DNA from: a virus
IMG/VR virus record: IMGVR_UViG_3300011270_000007
Location: 4,684 to 68,683 of that record
DNA length: 64,000 nucleotides
Direction: 5' to 3' (one strand)
In this document: positions 46,588 through 56,536 of the stretch, piece after piece
How positions within the stretch are numbered: position 1 is the first letter of the stretch
Layout of the letters: every line of letters starts with the position of its first letter
Program-made: the position numbers and the translations under genes
The notes under the pieces: generated by a model
Told to the model about the DNA's origin: nothing
Seen by the model: the letters and a program-made list of their open reading frames with translations, nothing else
Databases searched by the model: none

Positions 46588-48795
46588 ATGGCTATTTCCT
46601 TTCGAGCTGCTGGTACAGTCGTTAACAATGCAACTGGCAATATAACTCTAACCGCACCCGCTAGTACCACTAATACGGATGTCGTTTTAGCTGGATTTCA
46701 TTATCTGGGTGGTACCGGCGTTACTATCACTGCGCCCACCGGATGGACTCTCGCTAATCGAACTGACAATTCAACCGTAGATGGCACCGCCGTATATTGG
46801 GGCCTCGGATCAGCATCTTTTACTGCCTGGACAGTAACTGGTCAGACTAGAATAATAGGATTCACTCTTGGTTATATAGGAGTTGCAACTCTAATTCCAA
46901 TGGATGTAACTGGAGCTGGACAAGTTAATGCCTCTAGCGCTACTGGTACAGCTCCCAGCGTGACCACAATCACTCCCAATGTATGGGGAGTTTGCTTTTT
47001 TGGATTCAATAATCTTGATACTTTTACAGACACTTCCCCTCTCGTTCATCGTCAAGATGGTAGTGCTGGTACTGGCGCTACTAAAGCGTCCATAGGTGCA
47101 GGAGACTTTCCCACCACCACTCCAGGCGCGACTGGAGCCCAAACTACTACCGGTAGCATCGCGGCGATAAATGAAGGAATTACTGTAGCACTACGGCCAC
47201 TATTACAGGCTGATGAAGATTTCTGGAACAATCCAGTTAATCCAGTTCAAGCTACGTTTTATCAAAAGTTACCGTTGGGTGATCCAAGCGACGATAATTG
47301 GGTCCCTCCTCTCAACCCGACACTCGTTCAGCGCGTAGCCTACGGGGCGCTGGATGTAAACCGTGGCTTAACCGATACAGCATTCACCATCCGTCTACCA
47401 AACAAGACTCTCGCGTCGAATTGCCTCGTTCTCATTGTCGATAACACAGATGGCAACACCGTCGCGAGCATCGTTGGGAAAGACACAAGTGGCACTACCG
47501 TACAAACCTGGTCCGCAACTCCAGTCGTAACTGCCACCAATGCGAGCACGATGCGAACCACGGCATACATTCAAGCTGGGGCCACTGCCAGTGTCCAATG
47601 GATTACCATCACCTTCACCGCCACCGAAAATAACTGCCACTTTTTGTTCATGGAGTGGAGGAACATCGCGACTTCATCGGCCGTAGGAGTCACGTCGCAA
47701 AGCAATACCGCAGCAGCGCCCAACATTTCAGCCCCGGCGTTGAGCCCAACATCGGGAGACTTGCTCCTCCATTATTGCTTTAACAATGCCAACATCATCG
47801 GCTCAGCCGGAAATGTGATCGTCACTAGCTGGACGGCGGGGAGCAGCTTTACGTTAGAGGCCGCGGATTTTGCAAGCGGCGCGGCTACGCCGCAAGACAT
47901 GAGCTTTTACGCACTACAAACGCGAATTGCCCCAGGTGGCTCAGTCACTCCAACCTTGACAACGACGGGAACCGGTGCCGCCAATACCATCGCGTTTTCT
48001 CTCAAGGCAGCAAGCGCTGGTACAGCACCGGCCGCCACCGGCATCCGTATTCTGCGGCAGCAATACTACACCAACACGGGGCTTACCCCGAATGCAAACT
48101 GGTCAGAGCCCTTCCCCTGCTCGGGAAATCTGCTGGTACTCTATGAGGACGTTGGGCTGATTCAGACAGCACCGAGCGATTCTTTAAATGGTACATGGAC
48201 CCTCCCCGTCCCTGGCATCAATGCCAGTCAGGTGGCTTGCGCTTACAAGAAAAACCCCATCACGGGCTCAACCAATGTGTTGACTTTCCCAATTGCCAAC
48301 GTCGCGGGCGCGAATACTACAGTCATCGTTTATGATATCGTCGGCGCAGATACCACTAATCCGCTCGTAGACCATACTGGGCACGAGTCAAACATCGTTG
48401 GTGGGTGTGTCATCCAGGCTCCCACGGCTGTCGTGCCTGGCAGCGTGCCGCATATGCCAGACATCACGCCACTCATCCCGAACGGGCTAATTATCAACCA
48501 GGTAGCCGACGGGCATGGGCCGCTTACCGCGCTTACCGCTCCCACTGGGGCCTTGTTCAATTCCATCACCTACCCGAATGAGACGGATTTCGACAGTTTC
48601 GACAATGCTGGAGGAACTGGAGACTTCTACTATGGCAGCACGATGACGCTGCAAAATTGGACGTGGACCAATACCCAAACCACCAGTCTCTGGGCCACGG
48701 CCGCCGAGTGGCGCGCAGCAGGGCCACCAGATGAGGATTTTTGGTCAGTTTTTCGACCAATAATCGACACTTCAATTTCTACTCTATTTAGCTAA
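46588..48795 (+). CDS. modular virion/fibre protein, beta-rich domains each followed by a DEDFW repeat
   Basis: Thr/Ala-rich beta domains; DEDFW at about 47211 and 48731. Confidence 0.75.
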   Translation: MAISFRAAGTVVNNATGNITLTAPASTTNTDVVLAGFHYLGGTGVTITAPTGWTLANRTDNSTVDGTAVYWGLGSASFTAWTVTGQTRIIGFTLGYIGVATLIPMDVTGAGQVNASSATGTAPSVTTITPNVWGVCFFGFNNLDTFTDTSPLVHRQDGSAGTGATKASIGAGDFPTTTPGATGAQTTTGSIAAINEGITVALRPLLQADEDFWNNPVNPVQATFYQKLPLGDPSDDNWVPPLNPTLVQRVAYGALDVNRGLTDTAFTIRLPNKTLASNCLVLIVDNTDGNTVASIVGKDTSGTTVQTWSATPVVTATNASTMRTTAYIQAGATASVQWITITFTATENNCHFLFMEWRNIATSSAVGVTSQSNTAAAPNISAPALSPTSGDLLLHYCFNNANIIGSAGNVIVTSWTAGSSFTLEAADFASGAATPQDMSFYALQTRIAPGGSVTPTLTTTGTGAANTIAFSLKAASAGTAPAATGIRILRQQYYTNTGLTPNANWSEPFPCSGNLLVLYEDVGLIQTAPSDSLNGTWTLPVPGINASQVACAYKKNPITGSTNVLTFPIANVAGANTTVIVYDIVGADTTNPLVDHTGHESNIVGGCVIQAPTAVVPGSVPHMPDITPLIPNGLIINQVADGHGPLTALTAPTGALFNSITYPNETDFDSFDNAGGTGDFYYGSTMTLQNWTWTNTQTTSLWATAAEWRAAGPPDEDFWSVFRPIIDTSISTLFS

Positions 48796-48828
48796 AAAAT
48801 ATACTTAACGCTCAATCTTTTAGTTTAA

Positions 48829-51786
48829 ATGGCAATAAGATATCAATATCAGCCGGACGAGATCTTCCCTGCCTCTACAATTGTTGATGAGGATTTCTGG
48901 CAAAACCCCGTAGCACCTGTCCTAGCTACATTTTATCGGACACTTCCATTAGCAGATTTAGATGAAATAATAGTAGCAACAATTGGGCAACCCGATGAGG
49001 ATTTTTGGGTTAATTGGGTTAATCCAGTCCAAGCTACGTTTTATCAAAAGTTACCACTAGTTCCTGATCCGGAAGAATTACCCGCTGGTAGTTTGTATGG
49101 ACAACCTGATGAAGACTTTTGGGATAATTGGGTTAATCCGGTACCAACTACGCTTTACCAAAAGTTACCGTTGGGGGATGTCGAGGAAATCCCTGCTGGT
49201 AGTTTGTATGGACAACCTGATGAAGATTTCTGGAACAATCCAGTTAATCCAGTTCAAGCTACGTTTTATCAAAAGTTACCGTTAGGTGATCCAGAAGAGA
49301 TTCCTGCTGGTTCCCTTTATGGTCAACCCGATGAGGATTTTTGGAAAAACCCTGTAGCACCTGTCCTAGCTACATTTTATCGGACACTTCCATTAGCAGA
49401 TTTAGATGAAATAATAGTAGCAACAATTGGTCAACCCGATGAAGATTTTTGGTTACCAAATCCTCAAATAGCATTTACTTTTACACGTTTTACAACACCG
49501 GATGACGATTTTGTAGCCCCGATAGGCATCTTTGACGAAGACTTTTGGAATAATCCTGTACTACCAGTCTTACCAGTCAGTTTTGCTATTGTTGCATTGG
49601 CCGATTCTGACATTCAATATATTATTACTTTCGATGAAGAATTTTGGCAAAACCCCGTAGTTCCGGTCTTAGCTCAATTCTATCAGAAATTACCGTTAAT
49701 CCCAGATCCGGAAGAAATTCCTGCTGGTTCATTATCCATTTCAATCGCTGATGAGGATCTCTGGAACAATCCAGTTAATCCAGTTCAAGCTACATTTTAT
49801 CAAAAGTTACCCATTCCCAATTGGGATGTCGAGGAAATACCTGCTGGATCCCTTTATGGTCAACCCGATGAAGACTTTTGGAAAAACCCTGTAGCACCAG
49901 TCCAAGCTACGTTTTATCAAAAGTTACCGTTGATCCCGGATCCGGAAGAGATTCCAGTTTCAGCCTTTATTGCCGATGAACATTTTTGGCAAAATCCAGT
50001 TAATCCGGTTCCATTAAGTTTATACCAAAAATTACCGTTGATCCCTGACCCGGAAGAATTACCTGCCGGTAGTTTGTATGGTCAACCCGATGAAGATTTC
50101 TGGGTTAGTTGGGTTAATTCAGTACCAGCTACACTTTATCAAAAACTTCCACTAGCAGATTTAGATGAAATAATAGTAGCAACAATTGGTCAACCCGATG
50201 AGGATTTTTGGAAAAACCCTGTAACTCCAGTTCTGGCACAACTTTACCAAAAGTTACCGTTAGGTGATCCAGAAGAATTACCTGCCGGTAGTTTGTATGG
50301 TCAACCCGATGAAGATTTCTGGGTTAGTTGGGTTAATTCAGTCCAAGCTACACTTTATCAAAAACTTCCACTAGTAGACTTAGATGAAATAATAGTATCA
50401 ACAATTGGTCAACCCGATGAAGACTTTTGGAACAATCCAACGGCACCAATTCAAGCACGATTATACCAAAAATTACCGTTGATCCCAGATCCAGAAGAAT
50501 TACCTGCTGGTAGTTTATATGGTCAACCCGATGAAGATTTCTGGGTTAGTTGGGTTAATCCGATACCATTAACTTTATACCAAAAGTTACCAATCCCCAA
50601 TTGGGATGTCGAAGAAATTCCAGCAGGTAATCTAATCAGCCTTACCATTAATCCAGACGAAGATTTCTGGCAAAATTCGGTAACGCCAACTCAAGCTACG
50701 TTTTATCAAAAGTTACCGTTGGGTGATCCAGAAGAAATCCCCGCAGGAGAATTGATAGGTCCACTCCTTAATCCAGATCCACCAATATTAACTACCATGT
50801 GGCGCTTAGCTTCTAATCCATTGCCAGAAGCAAGATATTTACACGGTAGTTTACTCCATAATAATTTTGTATATGTAGCCAGCGGACAAGGAGATCTCAA
50901 TACGCCTCCAACGACAGTCTACACAGACGTTAAAGTAGCTAGATTAGAAAATGCTGGCCAAGATGTTGGTCAATGGAAAATAGCTAATTCATTTATTGGG
51001 GTACGCCAAGGATGCGGCATGGTTGGATGGGGCAACTATGTCGCAATTTTAGGAGGAAGTAATGCAACCGCGTCGCCTACCAGGACTAACACCATCTTAG
51101 TAGGACAACAAAACTTTGACGGCACAATTAGCAGTTGGACCACTCAATACATGCCAATTCAATTATCTCAATTTGGCCTAGTTCAAGCCAACAATGGAGT
51201 TTATATAATTGGCGGAATCAATCAAGCGAGCAATCCCGTTACCAGTATCTATTTCGCAATTTTAAATGCCAACGGAACTATTGAAAAATGGCATTACCTT
51301 TCGGATCTACCAACGCCAGCTATAGCACAAAATAGCGTAGCATTTACTAACGACTTTATGTACGTATTATCAGGAAATACTTTATATTATGCTCCAACAT
51401 TCGATTTCATGATCGGCACCTGGAAATCACAAACACTGAATTTTAGTCGAACTGGCCAATATTTGTTAGTAAGAGACAATAAACTAATTATTTTGGGTGG
51501 AAATGACGGAACCAATACCACTTCTAGTGTAAAAATTGCCGCAATTTATGGAGACGGCAGCGTGGGTCAGTTCTTTGACGCTGGCGCTTTGCTAAGCGGT
51601 GCCTTTACCGCAACAACTTCAACAATCTTGACTGCCAGTCAGTCAACCGCAGCTCCACGCGAAGGATTTGGGTTATGTTTATCCGGTATTCAAGTCGGAA
51701 TATTCATTCCAGGCAACAAAATGATATTATTAGGCGGACGCAACAGTAACACAGTAATGAGTGATGTTTACGTCGGAACACTATAA
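48829..51786 (+). CDS. 17x DEDFW-repeat protein with C-terminal Kelch beta-propeller
   Basis: Tandem ~36-39 aa repeats, then GG..W Kelch blades. Confidence 0.8.
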   Translation: MAIRYQYQPDEIFPASTIVDEDFWQNPVAPVLATFYRTLPLADLDEIIVATIGQPDEDFWVNWVNPVQATFYQKLPLVPDPEELPAGSLYGQPDEDFWDNWVNPVPTTLYQKLPLGDVEEIPAGSLYGQPDEDFWNNPVNPVQATFYQKLPLGDPEEIPAGSLYGQPDEDFWKNPVAPVLATFYRTLPLADLDEIIVATIGQPDEDFWLPNPQIAFTFTRFTTPDDDFVAPIGIFDEDFWNNPVLPVLPVSFAIVALADSDIQYIITFDEEFWQNPVVPVLAQFYQKLPLIPDPEEIPAGSLSISIADEDLWNNPVNPVQATFYQKLPIPNWDVEEIPAGSLYGQPDEDFWKNPVAPVQATFYQKLPLIPDPEEIPVSAFIADEHFWQNPVNPVPLSLYQKLPLIPDPEELPAGSLYGQPDEDFWVSWVNSVPATLYQKLPLADLDEIIVATIGQPDEDFWKNPVTPVLAQLYQKLPLGDPEELPAGSLYGQPDEDFWVSWVNSVQATLYQKLPLVDLDEIIVSTIGQPDEDFWNNPTAPIQARLYQKLPLIPDPEELPAGSLYGQPDEDFWVSWVNPIPLTLYQKLPIPNWDVEEIPAGNLISLTINPDEDFWQNSVTPTQATFYQKLPLGDPEEIPAGELIGPLLNPDPPILTTMWRLASNPLPEARYLHGSLLHNNFVYVASGQGDLNTPPTTVYTDVKVARLENAGQDVGQWKIANSFIGVRQGCGMVGWGNYVAILGGSNATASPTRTNTILVGQQNFDGTISSWTTQYMPIQLSQFGLVQANNGVYIIGGINQASNPVTSIYFAILNANGTIEKWHYLSDLPTPAIAQNSVAFTNDFMYVLSGNTLYYAPTFDFMIGTWKSQTLNFSRTGQYLLVRDNKLIILGGNDGTNTTSSVKIAAIYGDGSVGQFFDAGALLSGAFTATTSTILTASQSTAAPREGFGLCLSGIQVGIFIPGNKMILLGGRNSNTVMSDVYVGTL
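48885..50750 (+). repeat. tandem coding repeat array (17 units, ~110 bp)
   Basis: DEDFWxNPVxPVxATFYQKLPLxDPEEIPAGSLYGQP consensus. Confidence 0.95.
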
Positions 51787-51828
51787 AAACAACCTTTTAA
51801 TTAAATTAAGGTTAAAAAGGACCTTCCC

Positions 51829-53082
51829 ATGTCTTCTAGAGTAAAAAAACTAAGCAATTCCCTGCTAACTGGCGTACTTTACCAAAGTTCCATTGCCTAC
51901 AACAACTATATCTATACAGCGGGGGGTGGAGTTAACTTTAACTCCCCCTACAGTCCAGCAACCACCGTACAAGCAGCAGAAGTATTTTCTAACGACGATA
52001 TTGGCCCTTGGATCTCACAACCATCATTGCCAAACGCAGTAATGGGCGCAGAAATGGTTCAATGGAGTAACTGGATTGGACTTTTTGGCGGAAGCGATGG
52101 AGCAGTTAATCCTACCAATACAAATGCAATTAGAATTTCGAGAATCTATGGTAATGGCCAACTTGGCCCTTGGGTAACACAAGGCAACGCATTGCCAGTG
52201 GCAATGTCTTACTCCGATACCTTCATTACTCAAAAAAGTGTTTATCTGGTTGGCGGAACCAACGCTACCGTCACCGCAACTTTGTTTGTTCAATCCACCG
52301 CTGGTGGTAGTGGCATTACTTATACTGCGGTAACCGCTGGAACGGGTGGCAATGCCATTACAATTCAATACGCAACCCCTTCGGGAACTGGATCGGTAGT
52401 AGTAACAGGAACTGCAATCCTCGTTACCCCAGCAGCCGCAGGCACTAATACCACAGTTTTAGCACAAATCCAAGCTAATATTAATGCGTCGGGACTAGTG
52501 ACTGGCGTAATCACCGGTACTGCCAGCGACCCTGTTGTTCTCAGAGCCGCAACAGCACTCGCCGGAGGCGTTGGTGGACCATTAAGTACCATTTATAAGG
52601 CGCTGCTGAATGCAGAGGGGTCAATTGGTCCTTGGACTTTAGTCGGAAATCTACCAGCTCCCTTACAGGCTTGGGGTTGCACCGCTTACTTTAATAATTT
52701 TCTTTTTGTGGTCAACGGATCAACTTTATATACCGCTTACTTAACTGATGAAACTGGCTTAGGTCCTTGGAAAACCAGCGGACTACCATTTACGCGATCT
52801 AATTCACAAGAAACCGCTCCGACTACTATTGCTTTCGGTGGATTCTTAATCATTATCGGAGGATCCGACGCAAGTTTCAATCCCCAAGCCAGCATTAAAG
52901 TCGGCGCAATTAATGCAGACGGTTCTGTAGGCGCTTTTAGAGATAATGGTAATTTAATAGGCGAACGAAGTGCTCAATCGCTTACACTCCATAATGACGT
53001 ATTATTAATATCTGGTGGAATCAACACAACTTCAGTTTTGAACGATGTTCAGATTATCCGATTGGCTTCAATTAATTATTAA
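51829..53082 (+). CDS. Kelch beta-propeller protein with inserted domain
   Basis: YTAGG, GLFGG, YLVGG, IIIGG, ISGG blades with GPW; paralogous to the upstream C-terminus. Confidence 0.75.
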   Translation: MSSRVKKLSNSLLTGVLYQSSIAYNNYIYTAGGGVNFNSPYSPATTVQAAEVFSNDDIGPWISQPSLPNAVMGAEMVQWSNWIGLFGGSDGAVNPTNTNAIRISRIYGNGQLGPWVTQGNALPVAMSYSDTFITQKSVYLVGGTNATVTATLFVQSTAGGSGITYTAVTAGTGGNAITIQYATPSGTGSVVVTGTAILVTPAAAGTNTTVLAQIQANINASGLVTGVITGTASDPVVLRAATALAGGVGGPLSTIYKALLNAEGSIGPWTLVGNLPAPLQAWGCTAYFNNFLFVVNGSTLYTAYLTDETGLGPWKTSGLPFTRSNSQETAPTTIAFGGFLIIIGGSDASFNPQASIKVGAINADGSVGAFRDNGNLIGERSAQSLTLHNDVLLISGGINTTSVLNDVQIIRLASINY

Positions 53083-53396
53083 ATTACTGGACCCAAAATT
53101 AACCAAACTACAGTCGAGGTCTCGGCATTCGATTCACTTTCAATCACAAAAGATGAATTATCAGCAACTGCGCCCACGCTCAGCTCACCCAAAATTCCAC
53201 GTTTAGACATACGAGTTAAAATTATATACGAATCACGATTAACGGCAGTGGTATTGACTGTAACGGTACCGCCAACTAAAATTGCCTTCCCAACAACCGG
53301 TCCATCATTATTGTTTAATAATAATTTACCACCCAAATCGATAGCCATCTTTTCAATATCATTTATATCTTTAAATGAAACGATCCGATTTTGCAT
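53079..53396 (-). CDS. small virion fibre-like domain protein
   Basis: GKAILVGGTVTVNTTAV...FVIES..ETSTVVWLI. Confidence 0.6.
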   Translation of the reverse strand: MQNRIVSFKDINDIEKMAIDLGGKLLLNNNDGPVVGKAILVGGTVTVNTTAVNRDSYIILTRMSKRGILGELSVGAVADNSSFVIESESNAETSTVVWLILGPVI

Positions 53397-53427
53397 AAAA
53401 ATCCCTTTTGAAAAATAAGATTGCTAC

Positions 53428-53456
53428 TTGACAAAATCCTACGGATGAGATATTAT
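53428..53456 (+). promoter_or_regulatory. sigma70-like promoter for hsp20
   Basis: TTGACA-N17-TATTAT. Confidence 0.75.
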
Positions 53457-53478
53457 ACGAATATAAAGGAGATACAAA

Positions 53479-53835
53479 ATGTTTAACTTAACTCGTAGAA
53501 ATGTTGAGTTGCTAGGTCAGCTACTTGACACTTGGAGTCCTGGTTTATTTGGGAACAATGTTTCTGATTTCTTTGGGACTCACGTTCCATTAGATCCACA
53601 AAATAGAATCACCATTGATATGCCTGGTTTTAATAAGGAAGATATCAATGTCACCGTGAGTGCCTCGGGCCTTCTGAGGATAACTGCTCGTACCGGCGAT
53701 CGTACTTTCAATCGCACCGTTCAGATTGCACATGGTAGCGGATCTATCGAAGTTACAGCCAAGTATGAAAACGGGGTTCTTACGGTAACCGTACCTGGCA
53801 CTGAATCTTCAGCACGTACTGTAAGCGTACAGTAA
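53479..53835 (+). CDS. small heat shock protein Hsp20
   Basis: DMPGFNKEDINV, AKYENGVLTVTVP. Confidence 0.9.
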   Translation: MFNLTRRNVELLGQLLDTWSPGLFGNNVSDFFGTHVPLDPQNRITIDMPGFNKEDINVTVSASGLLRITARTGDRTFNRTVQIAHGSGSIEVTAKYENGVLTVTVPGTESSARTVSVQ

Positions 53836-53838
53836 TTG

Positions 53839-53973
53839 ATGAAACTCTGGCGATCTCCAGAGGATTTGTCGGACTGGATCCAACTAGGATTGTTGGCAAT
53901 AATGTTTGTATGCTTTGTGATGTTCAACTACTATATGTATCAGACTGACAAGGCACTTAGGAAGCGTCCATAA
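53839..53973 (+). CDS. 44-aa single-TM protein (not in ORF track)
   Basis: MKLWRSPEDLSDWIQLGLLAIMFVCFVMFNYY...RKRP. Confidence 0.5.
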   Translation: MKLWRSPEDLSDWIQLGLLAIMFVCFVMFNYYMYQTDKALRKRP

Positions 53974-53974
53974 A

Positions 53975-54025
53975 TTTATACACACTACACTTTAAATCAA
54001 CATTCGGAGGTGTAGTGTGTATAAA
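53975..54025. repeat. 16-bp perfect inverted repeat
   Basis: TTTATACACACTACAC / GTGTAGTGTGTATAAA. Confidence 0.85.
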
Positions 54026-54137
54026 CGTTGTCATAGTAAAAATAAGGAATGGTTAGCAATGCGCTATCTGGGGATGCATCCAGTAGGTGTTTATTGTGAT
54101 CGGTGTTGGCTTGGGGAGCGATATTGGTTAAGTAAAT

Positions 54138-54998
54138 CTAACCGATAGTTTTAGCGTCTTGATAACCTTGGCTAAACATACGTTGTAAATTAATTGGATT
54201 AAAGTCTAACGAATTCTTTAAAATAATACTATTGGGCCTGATGATTCTAAGCTCAATATGACGTTTATCTGGCATTCCCCCCAAAGAGACTATATTATTA
54301 ACTAAATTGCATATCTTTAGGTCATTATCTTCGATTTGATCCCCCATTAAATCAATAGCTCTTTGAGCTACCGCTATAGCGTTTGTTTTGGCCATAAACT
54401 TGCTAGAAGCGTCGTTGGGTGGAGAACACATTACCACATCGATGAAAGTCGCTCCTGCGTCAATTGCGGCCTTTATAGGGGTAACGCTTTTGACTCCACC
54501 ATCCGTCCATAACTGGCCTTCCAACTGAATTGGCAATAACATCGCCGGGAACGCAGCCGAAGCCAAGACCGCTTCCTGGATTTTATCGTAGTTTTCATCA
54601 AAAAGACGATATTCGCCGGTATCCAACCCACAAGCTCCAATCCTCAATTTATGACCACTGGTCTTGATTTTGACTGGATCTAGCTTAGTACGGACGATAT
54701 TTTGTAATGGTTTGGAATTAAAAACAGAAGGTTTCCATAAAGCTTCTAAATAACTTAATGGAAACCACTGGCGATAGATACTTTTAGTATTTAATCCGTC
54801 CCACAGGGCCTTTAAGCCCTGCATCGCCAAAACTTCCTGGCCAATCGGATACATTGATAAAAAAGAAGTATTTAATGCCCCGACCGATACGCCACAAAGT
54901 ATCTCGTATTGCATCTTAGCGTCTACCAATAAATATTGTAACGCGCCAACCTCATAAGCTCCCTTAGAGCCACCACCGGAAAGGACCAGAGCTTTCAT
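54138..54998 (-). CDS. patatin-like phospholipase
   Basis: LSGGGSKG, GVSVG (GxSxG), ASAAFP, DGG. Confidence 0.92.
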   Translation of the reverse strand: MKALVLSGGGSKGAYEVGALQYLLVDAKMQYEILCGVSVGALNTSFLSMYPIGQEVLAMQGLKALWDGLNTKSIYRQWFPLSYLEALWKPSVFNSKPLQNIVRTKLDPVKIKTSGHKLRIGACGLDTGEYRLFDENYDKIQEAVLASAAFPAMLLPIQLEGQLWTDGGVKSVTPIKAAIDAGATFIDVVMCSPPNDASSKFMAKTNAIAVAQRAIDLMGDQIEDNDLKICNLVNNIVSLGGMPDKRHIELRIIRPNSIILKNSLDFNPINLQRMFSQGYQDAKTIG

Positions 54999-55000
54999 AA

Positions 55001-56422
55001 TTAAGTAAGATTAAGTACCCACTTGTCCTTACCACAATCATAGATTCGATCAAAACCTAATTCTCGCATTGCCTCCCATTCAGTAATCTCCAATTTTTCT
55101 CCGATAATTTTACCGATTTTATCTTTCTTGAAATGATTTTTGGGGAACCTTGGATAATCCGTATTATGTTTAAAATAATAATAATTAGGAGCCACTGAGT
55201 GTTCAAGCTCAAATCCATTACGCCGATATACTCCACCGGCACTCCATCTATTATCAGAATACGATATAATTTTATAGGGTCTATATTTGCCTATAAAATA
55301 GTTTAACAATCTACTAAACCCACCTGTTATTAAAAATCCAGGCTTAACCGCCCAGCGGGTTAATTCGAATACACCGCTTTCTGATTTCCCTCGCACACTA
55401 TTGCTGGCTGAAAAAGTCATGGCTGCAATTATCCCACTGTCATTAAACAAACCCAAAGAAGACGTACTATTACAGTTCTTACCTTGGATATGCCATTTAT
55501 CCAAAAAAGACTGTATATCGTCGCCACCATCTTGAATTTCACACTTACGAGCCCCTATTTTAAACTCATCTACATGTAATACCGACCTGAGATAGCCTAC
55601 GACCTGCTTCCTACGTAAAATCCATTCATCAGAAAAAATGGTTATTAAACGAATACCAAGATCTTTACACAATTCGGACTTTTTGAATTGCCGATGCTCG
55701 CCTCTTCCTTTAGAATTATTAACTCCATGAGCCCATAAACCACAATATTCAATTGCCAATTTATGGGATGGAATTAAAATATCTAATTCATAATCCTTTA
55801 AAGTCACCCAATCGTTATATTTGGTTTCAAATCCCCAATTCTGAAGTAGAATATTGATATCGGCTTGAGCCTTACTCTTGACGCATCCACAAGAATTTAC
55901 TTTACCCAACAATAAATCATAAACCTTACTATCAAACATATTGTTACAAAAACATCTAAGAACAACCTGTTTGAAACCCCACCCCTTCATCTTATCAATT
56001 GGATCAGAAACCAATGTAAACCCAATATTTTTAGTGATTGTTTCTAAATCTTGCCAAGTATATTTAGATATTTTAGGGTTTTTAATAAACCATTGTTCCA
56101 TTCGGACCCTAGCATTTTTACTTAATTCGCTTAAATTATCTCTATACGCTTCTCGAACGGCTTCTGAACGCCTTACCACCACTTCTGGTGTCAATGCTTG
56201 GCGCATATGCGTCATTGCATTTGGATTTTTAGCTAGTTTAGCCCGGTAGGCATTTTTTTGGCCCTGCCCCTTAGGTAAACACATACCTTTCAAGACCCTC
56301 TTAACGAATGCAATATTACATCCAGTTATCCTGACAATATCAGTTCTGGTTAATGTCGGATCGCTTTTACGTAATTCTATTATTTTATTTTTATCGTTTA
56401 TAGTATATTTTGTTTTCCACAT
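55001..56422 (-). CDS. free-standing homing endonuclease (Vsr/Hef-like nuclease plus C-terminal GNAT-like domain)
   Basis: SCGC, ELDILIP..LAIEYCGLWAH, GIRLITIFSDEW, IGARKC, IISYSDNRWS, RIYDCG. Confidence 0.8.
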   Translation of the reverse strand: MWKTKYTINDKNKIIELRKSDPTLTRTDIVRITGCNIAFVKRVLKGMCLPKGQGQKNAYRAKLAKNPNAMTHMRQALTPEVVVRRSEAVREAYRDNLSELSKNARVRMEQWFIKNPKISKYTWQDLETITKNIGFTLVSDPIDKMKGWGFKQVVLRCFCNNMFDSKVYDLLLGKVNSCGCVKSKAQADINILLQNWGFETKYNDWVTLKDYELDILIPSHKLAIEYCGLWAHGVNNSKGRGEHRQFKKSELCKDLGIRLITIFSDEWILRRKQVVGYLRSVLHVDEFKIGARKCEIQDGGDDIQSFLDKWHIQGKNCNSTSSLGLFNDSGIIAAMTFSASNSVRGKSESGVFELTRWAVKPGFLITGGFSRLLNYFIGKYRPYKIISYSDNRWSAGGVYRRNGFELEHSVAPNYYYFKHNTDYPRFPKNHFKKDKIGKIIGEKLEITEWEAMRELGFDRIYDCGKDKWVLNLT

Positions 56423-56472
56423 AATAATTCCTCCTTTTAAAGAGAAACTATTATAGCATACCATGAACCAAG

Positions 56473-56510
56473 AAAAAAGCCCCGACAAAAATTTGTCGGG
56501 GCTTGCTTTT
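56473..56510 (-). terminator. terminator after the major capsid gene
   Basis: AAGCCCCGACAAA/TTTGTCGGGGCTT stem with U-tract on the - strand. Confidence 0.8.
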
Positions 56511-56536
56511 AACCATTTGATTTTATTAGTTAATTA

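Noticed and set aside
47210-49293. Diversity-generating retroelement TR/VR pair
   Set aside because: No reverse transcriptase in the window, only one mismatch, and both copies are coding members of a larger repeat family
48885-50750. Repeat array as CRISPR
   Set aside because: Units are in-frame coding repeats with synonymous variation, no unique spacers and no cas genes
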